64,000 nucleotides of DNA from Bacteroidia bacterium (lineage in GTDB: Bacteria > Bacteroidota > Bacteroidia > AKYH767-A > JBBKVM01). The stretch is taken from assembly GCA_037968415.1 (NCBI GenBank), contig JBBKVM010000043.1:1082-65081 (forward strand), read 5' to 3'. A program made the position numbers and the translations under genes. Shown here piece after piece: positions 42,521 through 54,400 of the stretch (the first letter of the stretch is position 1; the number at the start of each line of letters is the position of its first letter). Below the pieces are notes generated by a model. It had not been told where the DNA came from. It saw only the letters and a list, made by a program, of their open reading frames with translations, and made no database searches.

Positions 42521-44059
42521 TTATTGTGCTTTTACTTCCTCAGTTGCTTTTTTGCGCTCGGGCCTCATCTGCGGAAAGAACAACACGTCTTGTATGGATG
42601 GCGCATTGGTCATTATCATGGCCAGCCTGTCGATGCCTATGCCCAGCCCTGTGGTTGGGGGCATGCCATATTCTATGGCGCGCAGGAAATCTTCGTCCAG
42701 CACCATAGCCTCTTCATCACCTCGCTTGCCCAGTTCCAGTTGTTCTTCAAATCGTGCACGCTGATCGATTGGGTCGTTGAGCTCAGTAAAAGCGTTACAT
42801 ATCTCTTTGCTGTTGCAGATGGCTTCAAACCGCTCTACCAGCCCGGGTTTGCTACGGTGCTTCTTGGCCAGAGGCGACATTTCTACGGGATAATCGGTGA
42901 TAAATGTGGGTTGAATCAACTTGGGCTCTACCATTTCACCAAATATTTCATCTATCATTTTACCACGACCCATTTTGCTGTCCACATGTATTTTCAGCGT
43001 GCGGGCCACTTCGGCTACCGCGGTTTCATCCATGGCGGATATATCATGGCCGGTGTATTCTTTAATGGCATCGTACATACTCAATCGTTTCCATGGCCGC
43101 TGAAAGTTGATGGTGTTTTCACCCACCTTCACTTCGGTGGTGCCATGCAGTGACATGGCTATTTTTTCGACCATCTCTTCCACCAGTTCCATCATCCAGT
43201 TATAATCCTGATAGGCCACATACAGCTCCATCTGTGTAAACTCCGGATTGTGAAAGCGGCTCATGCCTTCGTTGCGAAAGTCTTTCGCAAACTCAAACAC
43301 GCCATCAAACCCACCTACGATCAGTCTTTTGAGGTATAGCTCGTTGGCAATGCGGAGATACAATGTGGTGTCGAGCGTATTGTGATGCGTTTTGAAAGGT
43401 CGCGCGGCAGCCCCTCCATAAAGTGGTTGCAACACAGGCGTTTCTACTTCCAGGTATCCTTTGTCATTCAGAAAGTCGCGCATGGTTTGCACCAACTTGG
43501 AGCGTTGTACAAATGTCTCACGCACTTCAGGGTTTACGATTAGATCCACATAGCGCTGTCGGTAGCGCATCTCCGGGTCGGTGAAGGCATCAAATACTTC
43601 GCCTTCTTTTTCTTTTACGATGGGCAGCGGTCGCAGCGACTTGCACAGCAGTTTCATAGAAGTTACGTGGAGGGTAGTTTCACCCACTTGCGTAGTGAAC
43701 ACATATCCGCTCAAGCCAATGATATCGCCTATGTCGAGTAGTTTTTTGAAGAGGGTGTTGTATAAAGTTTTATCCTCACCGGGGCAAATATCATCGCGCT
43801 TAAAATATACCTGAATGCGGCCGGTGCTGTCTTGTAGCTCGGCAAAAGAAGCGTTTCCCATGATGCGTCTTGACATCATGCGGCCTGCCATGGTTACATT
43901 TTTGAAAGCGAGTTTATCGGTTTCGTAATGACGGTGTATCTCGGCCGCGGTTACGTTTACAGGAAAGGCTTCAGCAGGGTAGGGGTCTATGCCCAGCGCC
44001 CTGATTTCTTCGAGTGCTTGTCTTCGTATCTGTTCCTGTTCGCTTAGTGTCACGCTCAT
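42521..44059 (-). CDS. lysS: Lysine--tRNA ligase (class II)
   Basis: [27 protein letters not shown]...[21 protein letters not shown]. Confidence 0.98.
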   Translation of the reverse strand: MSVTLSEQEQIRRQALEEIRALGIDPYPAEAFPVNVTAAEIHRHYETDKLAFKNVTMAGRMMSRRIMGNASFAELQDSTGRIQVYFKRDDICPGEDKTLYNTLFKKLLDIGDIIGLSGYVFTTQVGETTLHVTSMKLLCKSLRPLPIVKEKEGEVFDAFTDPEMRYRQRYVDLIVNPEVRETFVQRSKLVQTMRDFLNDKGYLEVETPVLQPLYGGAAARPFKTHHNTLDTTLYLRIANELYLKRLIVGGFDGVFEFAKDFRNEGMSRFHNPEFTQMELYVAYQDYNWMMELVEEMVEKIAMSLHGTTEVKVGENTINFQRPWKRLSMYDAIKEYTGHDISAMDETAVAEVARTLKIHVDSKMGRGKMIDEIFGEMVEPKLIQPTFITDYPVEMSPLAKKHRSKPGLVERFEAICNSKEICNAFTELNDPIDQRARFEEQLELGKRGDEEAMVLDEDFLRAIEYGMPPTTGLGIGIDRLAMIMTNAPSIQDVLFFPQMRPERKKATEEVKAQ

Positions 44060-44213
44060 GTGGTGCTGTTTTTAGTTGCGCAAAGATAACAAATACACCT
44101 GAGCGCAATCGGCTACTGCACACCACACATTCACAACTGTGTGTGGCTGTTGTAAACTACAAGTAGGACGAAATACAACCATTTGATTAATTTTGCACTC
44201 CAACAATTTTTGA

Positions 44214-45200
44214 ATGAAGCAACTGATCACTGATTTTACTGCGCAACTGAAAGCAGCCATCACCATTGGTAATGCCGCCACACTTTCTACCCACAAGGCT
44301 CCGCTCCAACATGTCATCATCACTGGGCTGGGCGGCTCTGGCATTGGCGGTACCATTGTATCTGAACTCGAATCGGCCCGCGCCACCGCACCGATTGTGG
44401 TGAACAAAGATTATTTTCTGCCTGCGTTTGCCAATCAGCACACACTGGTTATTGTCTCGTCATACAGCGGCAATACAGAAGAAACACTGAGCGCTTTTGA
44501 AGCGGCTGCGGCAGCAGGATGCAAAATTGTGTGCATATCGTCAGGCGGTGCAGTGATTGACAAAGCCCGCGCGGCAGGCATCGATCACATCATCATACCC
44601 GGGGGAATGCCACCACGCGCATGCCTGGCGTATTCACTGACGCAGTTATTTTTTGTGCTGCATTTTCATGCCATCATTCCGGTCGATTTTAAAAACGAAT
44701 TGCAGCAGGCAATAGCGCTGATAGACAGTGAAGAAAAAAACATCCATGCGGAGGCTGTGCGCATAGCCGGTTTGTTGGTTGACAAATTGCCGGTGATATA
44801 TTCGGTAGCGGGCAGCGAAGGGGTGGCCATACGGTTTCGGCAGCAGATCAACGAAAATTCAAAAATGCTTTGTTGGCACCACGTGCTGCCCGAAATGAAT
44901 CACAACGAGCTGGTGGGCTGGACCGAGAAACACCCTGACCTGGCGGTGGTGATATTGCGTAGCAAAGAAGACTACGCCCGCACGCAAAAGCGCGTGGAGA
45001 TTTCGAAAGAAATAGTGAGCAAGTATGTGGAAACAGTGGTGGAGATAACAGCCAAAGGCGACAGCGCGCTGGCCCGTGCGCTGTATCACATACATTTGGG
45101 CGACTGGATTTCGAACGAACTGGCCACGCTCAAAAACATTGATGCTATAGAAGTGAACGTGATTGATTATCTGAAAAGTTCGCTCGCCAAAGCCGATTAA
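44214..45200 (+). CDS. Bifunctional phosphoglucose/phosphomannose isomerase (SIS)
   Basis: GLGGSGIGG, SSYSGNTEET, QINENSK, PEMNHNE. Confidence 0.92.
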   Translation: MKQLITDFTAQLKAAITIGNAATLSTHKAPLQHVIITGLGGSGIGGTIVSELESARATAPIVVNKDYFLPAFANQHTLVIVSSYSGNTEETLSAFEAAAAAGCKIVCISSGGAVIDKARAAGIDHIIIPGGMPPRACLAYSLTQLFFVLHFHAIIPVDFKNELQQAIALIDSEEKNIHAEAVRIAGLLVDKLPVIYSVAGSEGVAIRFRQQINENSKMLCWHHVLPEMNHNELVGWTEKHPDLAVVILRSKEDYARTQKRVEISKEIVSKYVETVVEITAKGDSALARALYHIHLGDWISNELATLKNIDAIEVNVIDYLKSSLAKAD

Positions 45201-45210
45201 TTTTTACACC

Positions 45211-45915
45211 ATGCAACAGGTAATATACCGCGATCTCGGGCTTATAGACTACCAGCAGGCGTGGGATTATCAGGAAGACCTGTTCGACAAAACGATAGCT
45301 GCCAAAATAGCCAACCGAAAAGAGCCCGGCTCGGTAGCCGATGAGCCGAACTACCTGCTTTTTTGTGAGCATCCTCACGTATATACGCTGGGCAAAAGCG
45401 GTAGCGAAGACCATTTGTTGCTGGATGAAAAAGGGCTGCAGGAGAAAGACGCTATCTATTATAAGATCAATCGCGGGGGCGATATTACCTATCACGGGCC
45501 GGGACAAATAGTGGGCTATCCGATTTTCGACCTCGACAAATTTTTTACTGACATACACAAGTACTTGCGGTATTTGGAAGAAGGGGTGATCCTTACATTG
45601 AAGGAATATGGAATAGAGAGTGGCCGCATAGAAGGGCTTACGGGCGTGTGGCTCGATGTGGAGGAGCCTGCGAAGGCACGTAAGATTTGTGCGCTGGGCG
45701 TGCGCTGCAGCCGGTGGGTTACCATGCACGGCTTTGCGTTTAATGTGAACACCGACCTGTCGTATTTCGGTAACATCGTGCCCTGTGGCATCACCGACAA
45801 GGCAGTAACCAGTATGCACCTGGAGTTGGGATACAAGCCCGATATAAATGAAGTAAAAGTGAAACTAAAAAATCAGCTGGCCGCACTTTTCGAATTTGAA
45901 ACTGCAGTTGCATGA
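45211..45915 (+). CDS. lipB: Lipoyl(octanoyl) transferase
   Basis: EHPHVYTLG, RGGDITYHGPGQ, KICALG, HGFAFN, IVPCGI. Confidence 0.96.
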   Translation: MQQVIYRDLGLIDYQQAWDYQEDLFDKTIAAKIANRKEPGSVADEPNYLLFCEHPHVYTLGKSGSEDHLLLDEKGLQEKDAIYYKINRGGDITYHGPGQIVGYPIFDLDKFFTDIHKYLRYLEEGVILTLKEYGIESGRIEGLTGVWLDVEEPAKARKICALGVRCSRWVTMHGFAFNVNTDLSYFGNIVPCGITDKAVTSMHLELGYKPDINEVKVKLKNQLAALFEFETAVA

Positions 45916-45956
45916 GCCATTCATCTTCATTATTTTGGCATCACATTGATTGACCT

Positions 45957-46361
45957 ATGCTCAAAGATATTCCGCATCCCAAAGTAGAGAACATTGCCAT
46001 CGCCATTGTGCGCGAGCTCAATGAAGAAGATGAGCCCGTGTGGAATGTGTATCTGCTGAACATGCGCCACGAGCGCATTGAAGGGGTGCTGGTGAGCAGC
46101 AAAGGTTATGGCAATTACGAAGGGCGTGATGTGAAGACCACCACACTCAGGCATTACCTCGGCAATATGGAAGCCAACTCAGCTAAAAAAATTGAGTCCA
46201 TCATCGATAATTTGTTTGGCCTCAACAACGAGTATCTGTTGAGCTATTTTATCGACAAACTGATGTACGATAAGAAGTATGTTTTTTTACCCGAGAGTAT
46301 AAAAGAAGAGCACTTCACCACGATTCCGATTTTGGAAAAACCCGGGGTGATGATACAGTAA
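45957..46361 (+). CDS. Conserved hypothetical protein
   Basis: WNVYLLN...LVSSKGYG...KTTTLRH...LNNEY...YDKKYVF, a pattern I associate with a Bacteroidota-wide family of unknown function. Confidence 0.7.
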   Translation: MLKDIPHPKVENIAIAIVRELNEEDEPVWNVYLLNMRHERIEGVLVSSKGYGNYEGRDVKTTTLRHYLGNMEANSAKKIESIIDNLFGLNNEYLLSYFIDKLMYDKKYVFLPESIKEEHFTTIPILEKPGVMIQ

Positions 46362-46376
46362 TAAACATTTTAAATT

Positions 46377-47090
46377 ATGGCCGGTACCCGATTACAAAAC
46401 ATTCTGTTTCTCGATATTGAAACAGCCGGACAATACCCTTCTTATAAAGGAGTGCCGGAACACATTCAGCAACTGTGGGCTGATAAGACGCAGTATCAAC
46501 GCAAAGAAGGCATCACGGCCGAAGCGTTTTATGAGCGCGCGGGCATCTATGCCGAGTTTGGCAAGGTGGTGTGCATATGCTGCGGCATATTTCAAACGAA
46601 GGGCAAAGAGTCAGTTTTGATCATCAAAACATTTGCAGGCGAGGATGAAAAAAAACTGTTGAAACAATTTGCCGCATTTGTTTCGCAGGATGCTATCAGC
46701 AAAAAAAGCATGAAGCTGTGTGCGCACAACGGCAAAGAGTTTGACTACCCATATTTATGCAGGCGCATGCTGGTGAATGGTTTAAAGATACCTTCGCTAC
46801 TCAACATTGCAGGAATGAAACCTTGGGATGTACCGCATCTCGATACCATGGAGATGTGGAAGTTTGGCGACTACAAACACTACACATCACTCAAGTTGCT
46901 GGCCGCTATTTTTGAATTGCCTTCCTCCAAAGAAGACATTGACGGGAGCATGGTGAATGGTGTTTTTTGGCGCGACAAAAACATTGAACGCATTGCGGAG
47001 TATTGCAGGCAGGACGTGATTTTGCTGGCTAAAATTTATTGCAGACTTTCTTCTACCGACTGTCCCGAATTTCAATTGATGTTGAAGTAA
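46377..47090 (+). CDS. PolB-like 3'-5' exonuclease (DEDD)
   Basis: FLDIET, AHNGKEFD, HLDTM, EYCRQDV. Confidence 0.88.
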   Translation: MAGTRLQNILFLDIETAGQYPSYKGVPEHIQQLWADKTQYQRKEGITAEAFYERAGIYAEFGKVVCICCGIFQTKGKESVLIIKTFAGEDEKKLLKQFAAFVSQDAISKKSMKLCAHNGKEFDYPYLCRRMLVNGLKIPSLLNIAGMKPWDVPHLDTMEMWKFGDYKHYTSLKLLAAIFELPSSKEDIDGSMVNGVFWRDKNIERIAEYCRQDVILLAKIYCRLSSTDCPEFQLMLK

Positions 47091-47292
47091 CAATAGCCTG
47101 CTTTCCGAAATGGATTTTTCTTTTTCCATTCTAACCGGTTGTACTTTTCCCACATCAGTGGGCTTTAACCCCGCTTTAACTTTTGCGCGCGTTAATTCTT
47201 ACCTGTTCTTTTAAATTGTTTACCCATGAAAATCAATCTTTTGCCATACAAAAGTGAACATCTGTCATTTTTTTGTAAAACCGATTGAATTA

Positions 47293-47312
47293 ATTTCTAC
47301 ATTCGATTTGCG
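47293..47312 (+). promoter_or_regulatory. Promoter block, copy 1 (-7 variant TACATTCG at 47298-47305)
   Basis: ATTTCTACATTCGATTTGCG, identical to 58785-58804. Confidence 0.65.
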
Positions 47313-47610
47313 GTTGATGCGTGCGATGGATTAACAAAGCATTAAAATATTAATCAGAAGTTAATCAAGGTAAACAGTAGAAGATAGTTTTACAACCTCA
47401 AAACTATCCACGAGCAGGCAAGGACTACCCCAATAATTTCAAAACTTTTCGAACTGTTAATTGTGATGTTCTGAACATTCCAATTATGTCATCGGTGTCT
47501 CCAAAATTGAAGACATTAGATGCAAAACGAGATTAAAGATTGAAGTCAGTTTAATTCAATCAAAAATCTTGTGTGTTTAAGTGTATTAGCATTAAAGTGA
47601 AAATAACTCC
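47310..47610 (+). ncRNA. Putative structured cis-regulatory leader RNA, copy 1 (family not recognised)
   Basis: Hairpins at 47329-47366, 47383-47408, 47459-47485 and 47486-47516, each with a counterpart in copy 2. Confidence 0.6.
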
Positions 47611-47823
47611 ATGTCAAAAGCTTACATACAAGTTGCCATTCGCACCAACCCTGGCAATCTTCTCAGACCGGCAGGGGCCACATATCGATTTGATAAAGTG
47701 GACGGGTTTCCGTTCGTGTATTTGAAACAAAAGGGCACTGCCGTTCTTTTGTTTTTTTATTGCCTTATGCTAAATCTTAATTACCCATCATATTCATTTA
47801 TTCAATCAACATCAAACAACTAA
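47611..47823 (+). CDS. Putative leader peptide homologous to the N-terminus of the 59112 giant protein (or a gene remnant)
   Basis: 25/49 identical residues, ungapped, to residues 1-49 of the 59112 ORF; stop lies 5 nt before the ATG at 47829. Confidence 0.6.
   Translation: MSKAYIQVAIRTNPGNLLRPAGATYRFDKVDGFPFVYLKQKGTAVLLFFYCLMLNLNYPSYSFIQSTSNN
47725..47758 (+). terminator. Terminator-like hairpin within the leader ORF, copy 1
   Basis: AAACAAAAGGGC-ACTGCC-GTTCTTTTGTTT-TTTT. Confidence 0.45.
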
Positions 47824-47828
47824 ACCAC

Positions 47829-48365
47829 ATGAAAAAACTTACGTTGATCCTAGTTGCCATTGCAACATTTGCATTGAGTGCCGCCACGCTGAAGGCACAA
47901 ACCATCCAGGACTTTCACGGTAACTGGAAAGGGCTGAGCCAATCGGGCGATTCCATTGAGATTACATTGAATCCAAATTGGTCTTGTGTATTTAAGATCA
48001 ACAATGTGCAAGTTTTCGCAAACAATGCAATTGTTGTCTATCGTTTGCCGGGCTATCATTCTTCACTGGCGGCATCATTCGTAGATGGAGATCCGCAGCT
48101 CATAAGGTTTTATACCCAAAACGCGATGCAGGGTATCTTGGCACCCGGCACGCAGGTTCAAAGCAATCAGGAGGCTAATGGCGTGCCACAAACATACACC
48201 GGCCGTTCCAAGATATATACGGATAACAATGGTGCAACTGTGATGGATCTATTTATTGAAGTACAAACCTTCAGTTCTAATCCGCCATATATATATCTGG
48301 GCTCATCTGATGATGCCAATGAAATTGAACCCACTCTGCCATGGTGCCAATTGGTGAAATTATAA
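47829..48365 (+). CDS. Hypothetical secreted protein
   Basis: MKKLTLILVAIATFALSAATLKA-Q signal peptide; beta-rich; FHGNWKG resembles a lipocalin-type GxW start. Confidence 0.7.
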   Translation: MKKLTLILVAIATFALSAATLKAQTIQDFHGNWKGLSQSGDSIEITLNPNWSCVFKINNVQVFANNAIVVYRLPGYHSSLAASFVDGDPQLIRFYTQNAMQGILAPGTQVQSNQEANGVPQTYTGRSKIYTDNNGATVMDLFIEVQTFSSNPPYIYLGSSDDANEIEPTLPWCQLVKL

Positions 48366-48451
48366 AATTGATTCCTTAATCATCCCCGAAAATATTTTCA
48401 ATAACCATCATTCTCCAACAAATAAACAGATTATCCCAACAAATTAGACCC

Positions 48452-51400
48452 ATGAAAAAGTTACTTACCTCTATACTACTTGGAAAAACGCTTGTCCTCA
48501 TTCTGTTAATGATGGCTAGTGTATCAGTTATCGCTCAGACGCCAAGCTATTTTAACACCAACGTTGCTGGCGGTGCAAATTCTTTTCCATTTAACAATGC
48601 CACAACCTCAAGAAAGGTCCAATGGTTTATTCCTCCGAATTCACTGGCAGGAGCCTTTGCTGGAAATATTACGACTGTGTATTTTCAGGCCGGATCCACT
48701 ATTACGTCCAAGATTTATCCCCAGATCAACATCAGTATGAAACAAGGTTCAGGAACAGGATTAACAAGCATAGTCGGTCAACCTTTTGAACCAGGATTGA
48801 CGAATGTATTCACGGGTATTAATTATAATCTTGCCACCGTATCAGGACAGTGGTTTTCATTCACGCTAACGGCTCCGTTTAATTACGATCCAAGTCAACC
48901 GTTGATTGTTGAAGTAGAACATAACAGTCCTTCCACGGGAGGTCCCACTGTTCAACAGCAAGTAAATATTCCCGGTCCGGGCAACGGTCGTCAGTGGGGC
49001 GATTACGCGGGCACTTCGGTTGTGGGGATTGGACTTCAACAAGTGAATTTCGGAGTTGACATTATTCCTTCAGGACCCTGCAATACAAGTCCCTCAGCAG
49101 GTACTGCAACGGTGGCACCAACGGGTGCAGTTTGTTCAGGAACCGCGGTTTCGTTAAATTTGGTTGGTGCGAGTTATGGCACTGGTCAGACTTACCAATG
49201 GCAATCTTCATTAACACCTTCAGGGCCTTTTAATAATGTTGGTCCCTTGCTCACCTTGACACCCTTTTTGTCAACCAATCCAACGTCCACTCTTTATTAT
49301 CAATGCGTAGTCACCTGCGCTCCGGGTGTGTCAACTTCAAATCAATTGTTTATCCCTGTTAATCAACCCCTATCAGGTTTATATACTATTAACAACACTG
49401 CAGCTACTGCGGGTAACAATTTTAACACGTTTACTGAAGCTATAAATGCAGTCAATTGTGGTGTTGTAGGCCATGTGACATTTAACGTCTCAGCGGGACA
49501 ATCGTTTTCTGAGGATACTCCACCCCTCATTACAAATAGTAATGTATCAAATACCATCACTTTTCAGCGTGCCGGTGCTGGCGCCAATCCCGTAATACGA
49601 CCAACCGGAACCACCGGAACCACGGATGCAGGCATCACCATATTTGGAAGTGATTATATCACTTTCGATGGCATCGACATTCAGGCTGCTTCAGGAAATC
49701 TTGTAGAGTTTGGTTATTATGTTCGCAACAACACGGCTACAGATGGAGCCCAGAACAATACTATAAAGAACTGTTCCATTTCATTGGATAGAACAAACTT
49801 AAATTCCCGTGGTATTTATCAAAACGTTGCGGTAACTCCAACGGCAGCAACAGGAGCCAATTCAAATAATACGTATTTGAATATCAACATCAGTAATGTG
49901 TATGCCGGAGTGTACTTTCTAGGTAATGCAACCAACCCTGATTTGAACACCGTTCTGTCTACTGCAGCGTGTGGACAATACAACCTAATTGGAGACCCCA
50001 ATGTTCCTAACGACCTTGGCAACCTTACCACAACACTGGTATTTGGTATCAGGGCATCTAACCAAAGCGGATTTACAATCAGTAATAACAAAGTGAGCAA
50101 TATTGGCGCTACTACAGCCGCCACCGATGGAATCCTTATTGAGTTATTTCAGGGTCTATGTTCACTCAATAATAATATTGTGAATGAAGTGAACAGATCA
50201 GGTTCTTCAACTGTGAATGTGACCGGAATGCGATTCACCCATTCCACCCTGGCAGGCTCGCACACTTTGCGAGTTTTCAATAATTCTATTTCTAACATAA
50301 CATCTGCCTATACCCTTGCCACAGCCACCAGAGGATTGCGAGGCATGCATGTGAGCGGCACCGGTGGAACCAATGCAATTGTGTATGAAATTTATAACAA
50401 TAACATTCATCTAAATAATAGCGCTTTCCCGGGCATTTCGAATGCCTGCTACGAGCATTCAACTTCAACTGCGGGGCCTGCTTATATAATTAAGAACAAC
50501 ATCTTTGCGAATTATACATCTGTAAAAACATGTGTTTCGATTCATTATGGTTTTGCCAATTCATCATCGGCTACCGTGTTGGGTACCGCTGGTACCGATG
50601 TGAGCAACAACGATATTTTTGTTAGCAGTGATGCCGGGGTTACCGGTTTTACTGCAGTGGGTGTATCCACTACTTACAATGGTGTTGCTGCCTGGCAGAA
50701 TGCCAACTCATTAGCAACCGCCAACATCGAAGCTGATCCACAGTTTGTGAATCCGGCCAATGCCAACCTGCATGCCAACAATCTGGCAGCATTGAATGGC
50801 ACTGCTGCAACCTATCCTGCATATATCACTATCGACCTGGATTGCGCACTTAGAGATTTGCCTGCAGATATTGGAGCTTACAACCTGGAAGGTTGCTCCG
50901 GAACTCCGTCAGGCGGTTCTGCTGTTACTTCCTCAGCATTCATTTGCCCTGGACAAGATGTAAATCTGACGGTGACCGGCCAGACCATTGCAGCTGGACT
51001 TTCCTACCAATGGACCTCCTCATCTTCGATGGGAGGCCCATATACACCTATTGCAAATGCCATTACGCCAGGTTACACCACGGACCCAATTAACATCACT
51101 ACTTATTTCAAACTGGAAATCACTTGTACCATCACCAGTCAAACCGGCACAAGCTCTCCTGTTGCAGTGAATGTACTCGCAGCACCCACCGCAACCGTTA
51201 CGCCTGCAGGGCCACTTGCCGGTTGTCAGGGTACGATTACGCTCACTGCATCCACCAACGCGGTGACCCCCAGCTACCAGTGGAAGTTTAACGGAAATGA
51301 TATTACTGGCGCTACCGGGGCCACCCATGTGCCAGCCCTCTCAGGCTCCTATTCGGTGGAAATCTCTGACCAGGCAGCTCCAACCCAATGTCCGAACTTA

Positions 51401-54400
51401 TCAAATAGTGTGAATGCGGTCATAGACCCTGCACCACCATTGCTTACATTTCCTACTACCACCACTATCTGTGGGGGTACTTCGGCACAACTGAATGCCA
51501 CCATTTCTGCCAGCGGTGTCATTACCACTCCGCTTGTTCCAAATAACGGATCCGCAGCAGTAGGATTTGACCTGACAAACACCTCAGCTTTGCCTATTAC
51601 TGTAAATTTTATTTCTTACACTAGCAGCGCAGCATTGGGAGGTATAGCAAACACCACCGTGTATTATATGCCTACAGCGCTGAATTGTGTTTTCCCAACA
51701 AACCCTTCAACACTGCCCTGGATCAATTTAGGTACAGTGTCTGCAGTTTCGGCCGGTGCCGCACCTGCTTTGACTTTGATTCCATTGGATTTGAATATCA
51801 CGGTCCCTCCTGGTCAGACATATGCTTTTGGTTTTTCGGGAGCTTCTGTCAGGTATACTAATGGATTAGGCGGTTGCCCTATCATCGCTTCTGATGCAAA
51901 CATTAATGTGAAAGAAGGTTTTGGTGGCACCTGGACATCTTCAATCACTCCAAGAAATTTCACAGGAAGTATTTCATATTCTTTTGGTGACCCTAACACC
52001 AATGTAACATGGTCGCCAAGTCTTTACTTGAATAATCCAAACATCACCAATCCATTGGCAACACCTCCTGTAGGCACACATACTTATACTGCCACCGCCA
52101 CGGGACTAAACGGATGTACATCAACCGCATCGGTTACTGTAAACGTATTGCCTGTTCCACCCGCACCTACACTCACAGCCGGCACTCCTACATGCGGATT
52201 TGGAACTGTTATACTATCTGCAACCGGTACAGGCAACCCTGGTTCTGTGATTCGCTGGTATGGGCAACCAATGGGTGGTTCCATTCTTGGAACAGGACCT
52301 TCATTTGTGACTCCTGTCATTTCTCAAAACACGTTGTTCTATGCGACAGAGTACGATGGTGTTCAGTGTGAAGGGCCACGTGCAAGCCTAGAAGCTGTAA
52401 GCACCCCAGCACCTCCTATGACGCTGAATAATTCTTTACCTGCCATTTGTGATGGATCTACCGCTTCTTCAACATTGTCCATCACCACTGGCAATCCCGG
52501 TTATTCATTCCAGTGGAGCAGCGGCCAAACGACTTCATCAATTACCGTCACACCGGCTTCAACGACCACTTATACTGTTACAGCAACAGATGGTGGCTGC
52601 GTGAATATTGCCACCACTACAGTAGGTGTAGGCGTTACACCCACCATCAACAATGTGACCACCTCGCTCAACAATTTCTGCGAAGGAAATTCCACACAAC
52701 TTAATGTTGCTGCCATCTTACCTGGATTCCCAACCTCACAAAGCGGCTTTGCTGGTGCATTTGGTCCGGGAACTTGGACAACAACAAATATCCCTGCAGG
52801 AGTGCTTGGTTCGGTAAACACTTCCGGTGCTCCTGCTTCCATCACTATCATTTCAGGTGATGCACTTGTAGCCGGCACCACTCGCTTCTCACATCCGGTA
52901 TTGGCCAATGGCATCATCACGTTTAACTGGTCCTATACTACAGTTGATGGTGCAGAGTTTGATTACCCCCAATATTCAATTAACGGAGTTTCTACTATCA
53001 TGCCCGGCTATTCTACGATTGGTTTGAGCACCCAGAGCGGCACTGCTTCTATCCCGGTGCTGGTTGGACAAACATTTGGTCTGGAAATGTTCACCTTAGA
53101 TGGTGATGTAGGACCAGGACAGGTCGTGATCTCAAACATTGCATTTCCGCTGCCTGCAGGTTCAGGTTCCATTTCGTACTTGTGGTCACCTACTGGTTCG
53201 CTCAACAATGTTGCCATTGCAAATCCCATAGCCACACCGCCATTCGGAACTACTTTATACACGGTAGTTGTGTCCAATAGTGGTTGCAACACCAGCACAT
53301 CGATTTCAATTGTGGCTAACCCAACCCCGGCCGCACCTGCAGTTCAAAATGCCAGCCGTTGTGGACTTGGCCCTGTAACAGTGGGTGCAACCATTGCCGG
53401 CACGCCTCGTTGGGTGAAATCAAATGCAGGTGGTCAGGTTTACAATGTGGGCAGCAGCACATACACCACCAACATTACAACCACCACCAATTTCTATGTG
53501 GTGGATGATCCGGGTAGTGCGCTTACTAATTTTGGTCCTGCAAATCCGAACGTGATTGGAACACCGAGTGCCGCCTTCTTTACCGGCAACTGGGAGAATT
53601 TTAATGTACTCACAGCCAATGGAATAATATTAGATGCTGTGGATGTGTTCTTTACCGGAGCTGTGGGATCTCAATACATTATTGTGATTGAAAACAATGT
53701 CGGATTCCCGCTCGATACCATTATCGGAACGACAACTGTAACAGGTGGGTTGGCGCAAACTGTATCTATTGGTACATGGTTGCCAGCCGGTACAGGTTAC
53801 CGAATCCGTTTTGCTCTCAATCCAGGTGCAAACCGCGCCATTGGTTCTACGGCATATCCTTATACCATTCCGGGGCAAATATCTTGGACTGGCAACAACT
53901 TTGGACCCGACCGCATGTATTTCTTCTATAACTGGAGCGTGCGCACAGGCTGTTTCAGTCCGGTGGCAACTGTTACCGGTACGGTTACGCCTCCACCTGC
54001 GCTCAATATTACTGCAGGTGGACCTGCTACTTTCTGCGGCAGCGGTTCGGTACAACTTACTGCTACTAATACTTCATATGTAAATCATAGCTGGACACCA
54101 ACTGCAGGATTGAGCCCGACTACCGGCAATGTGGTGACTGCCACTGTTTCGGAGACGACTACCTATACTGTTATAGCCAATGACGGAGATCCTGTAAATG
54201 GATGTGCTGCATCAGCCTCTTTCACGGTAACAGTTGAGCCACTTCCATTGGTGAACATCTCGCCTGTGGCCATCAACCCGGTATGCCCCGGCACGCCAGT
54301 TCAACTTGATGCTAATGCCTCTTCAGGATCATTCAAGCAAATAGGCAATACCCGCGATTTCAACCTGACTGAAATAGGCATATACAATGGTGCCAACGTA

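Larger units (their letters stand above)
47222..47758 (+). repeat. Copy 1 of a diverged ~540-bp promoter/leader cassette
   Basis: Shares colinear blocks with 58713-59258; see findings. Confidence 0.9.

Noticed and set aside
42500..43153. 217-aa ORF antisense to lysS, and similar shadow ORFs such as 45145-45819, 16514-17230 and 19576-20196
   Set aside because: They overlap well-supported genes on the opposite strand and have no recognisable motifs.
47403..47520. SAM-I riboswitch resemblance (UAUC..GAG..GGACU..CCC, GGUG)
   Set aside because: Lacks the GCAACC junction and a closing P1 strand, the AUC already pairs with upstream GAUAGU, and the downstream genes are not sulfur metabolism.
47310..47610. 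T-box, c-di-GMP riboswitch or group II intron fragment (GTGCG at 47321)
   Set aside because: No UGGNACC T-box, no GEMM-type GCAAA/GNRA-receptor pattern, no domain V, and GTGCG is absent from copy 2.
47752..47829. Phase-variable fusion of the leader ORF to the 178-aa gene through the T7 tract
   Set aside because: T6 gives ATT GCC TTA TGC TAA and T8 gives TTA TTG CCT TAT GCT AAA TCT TAA; every frame stops before 47829.
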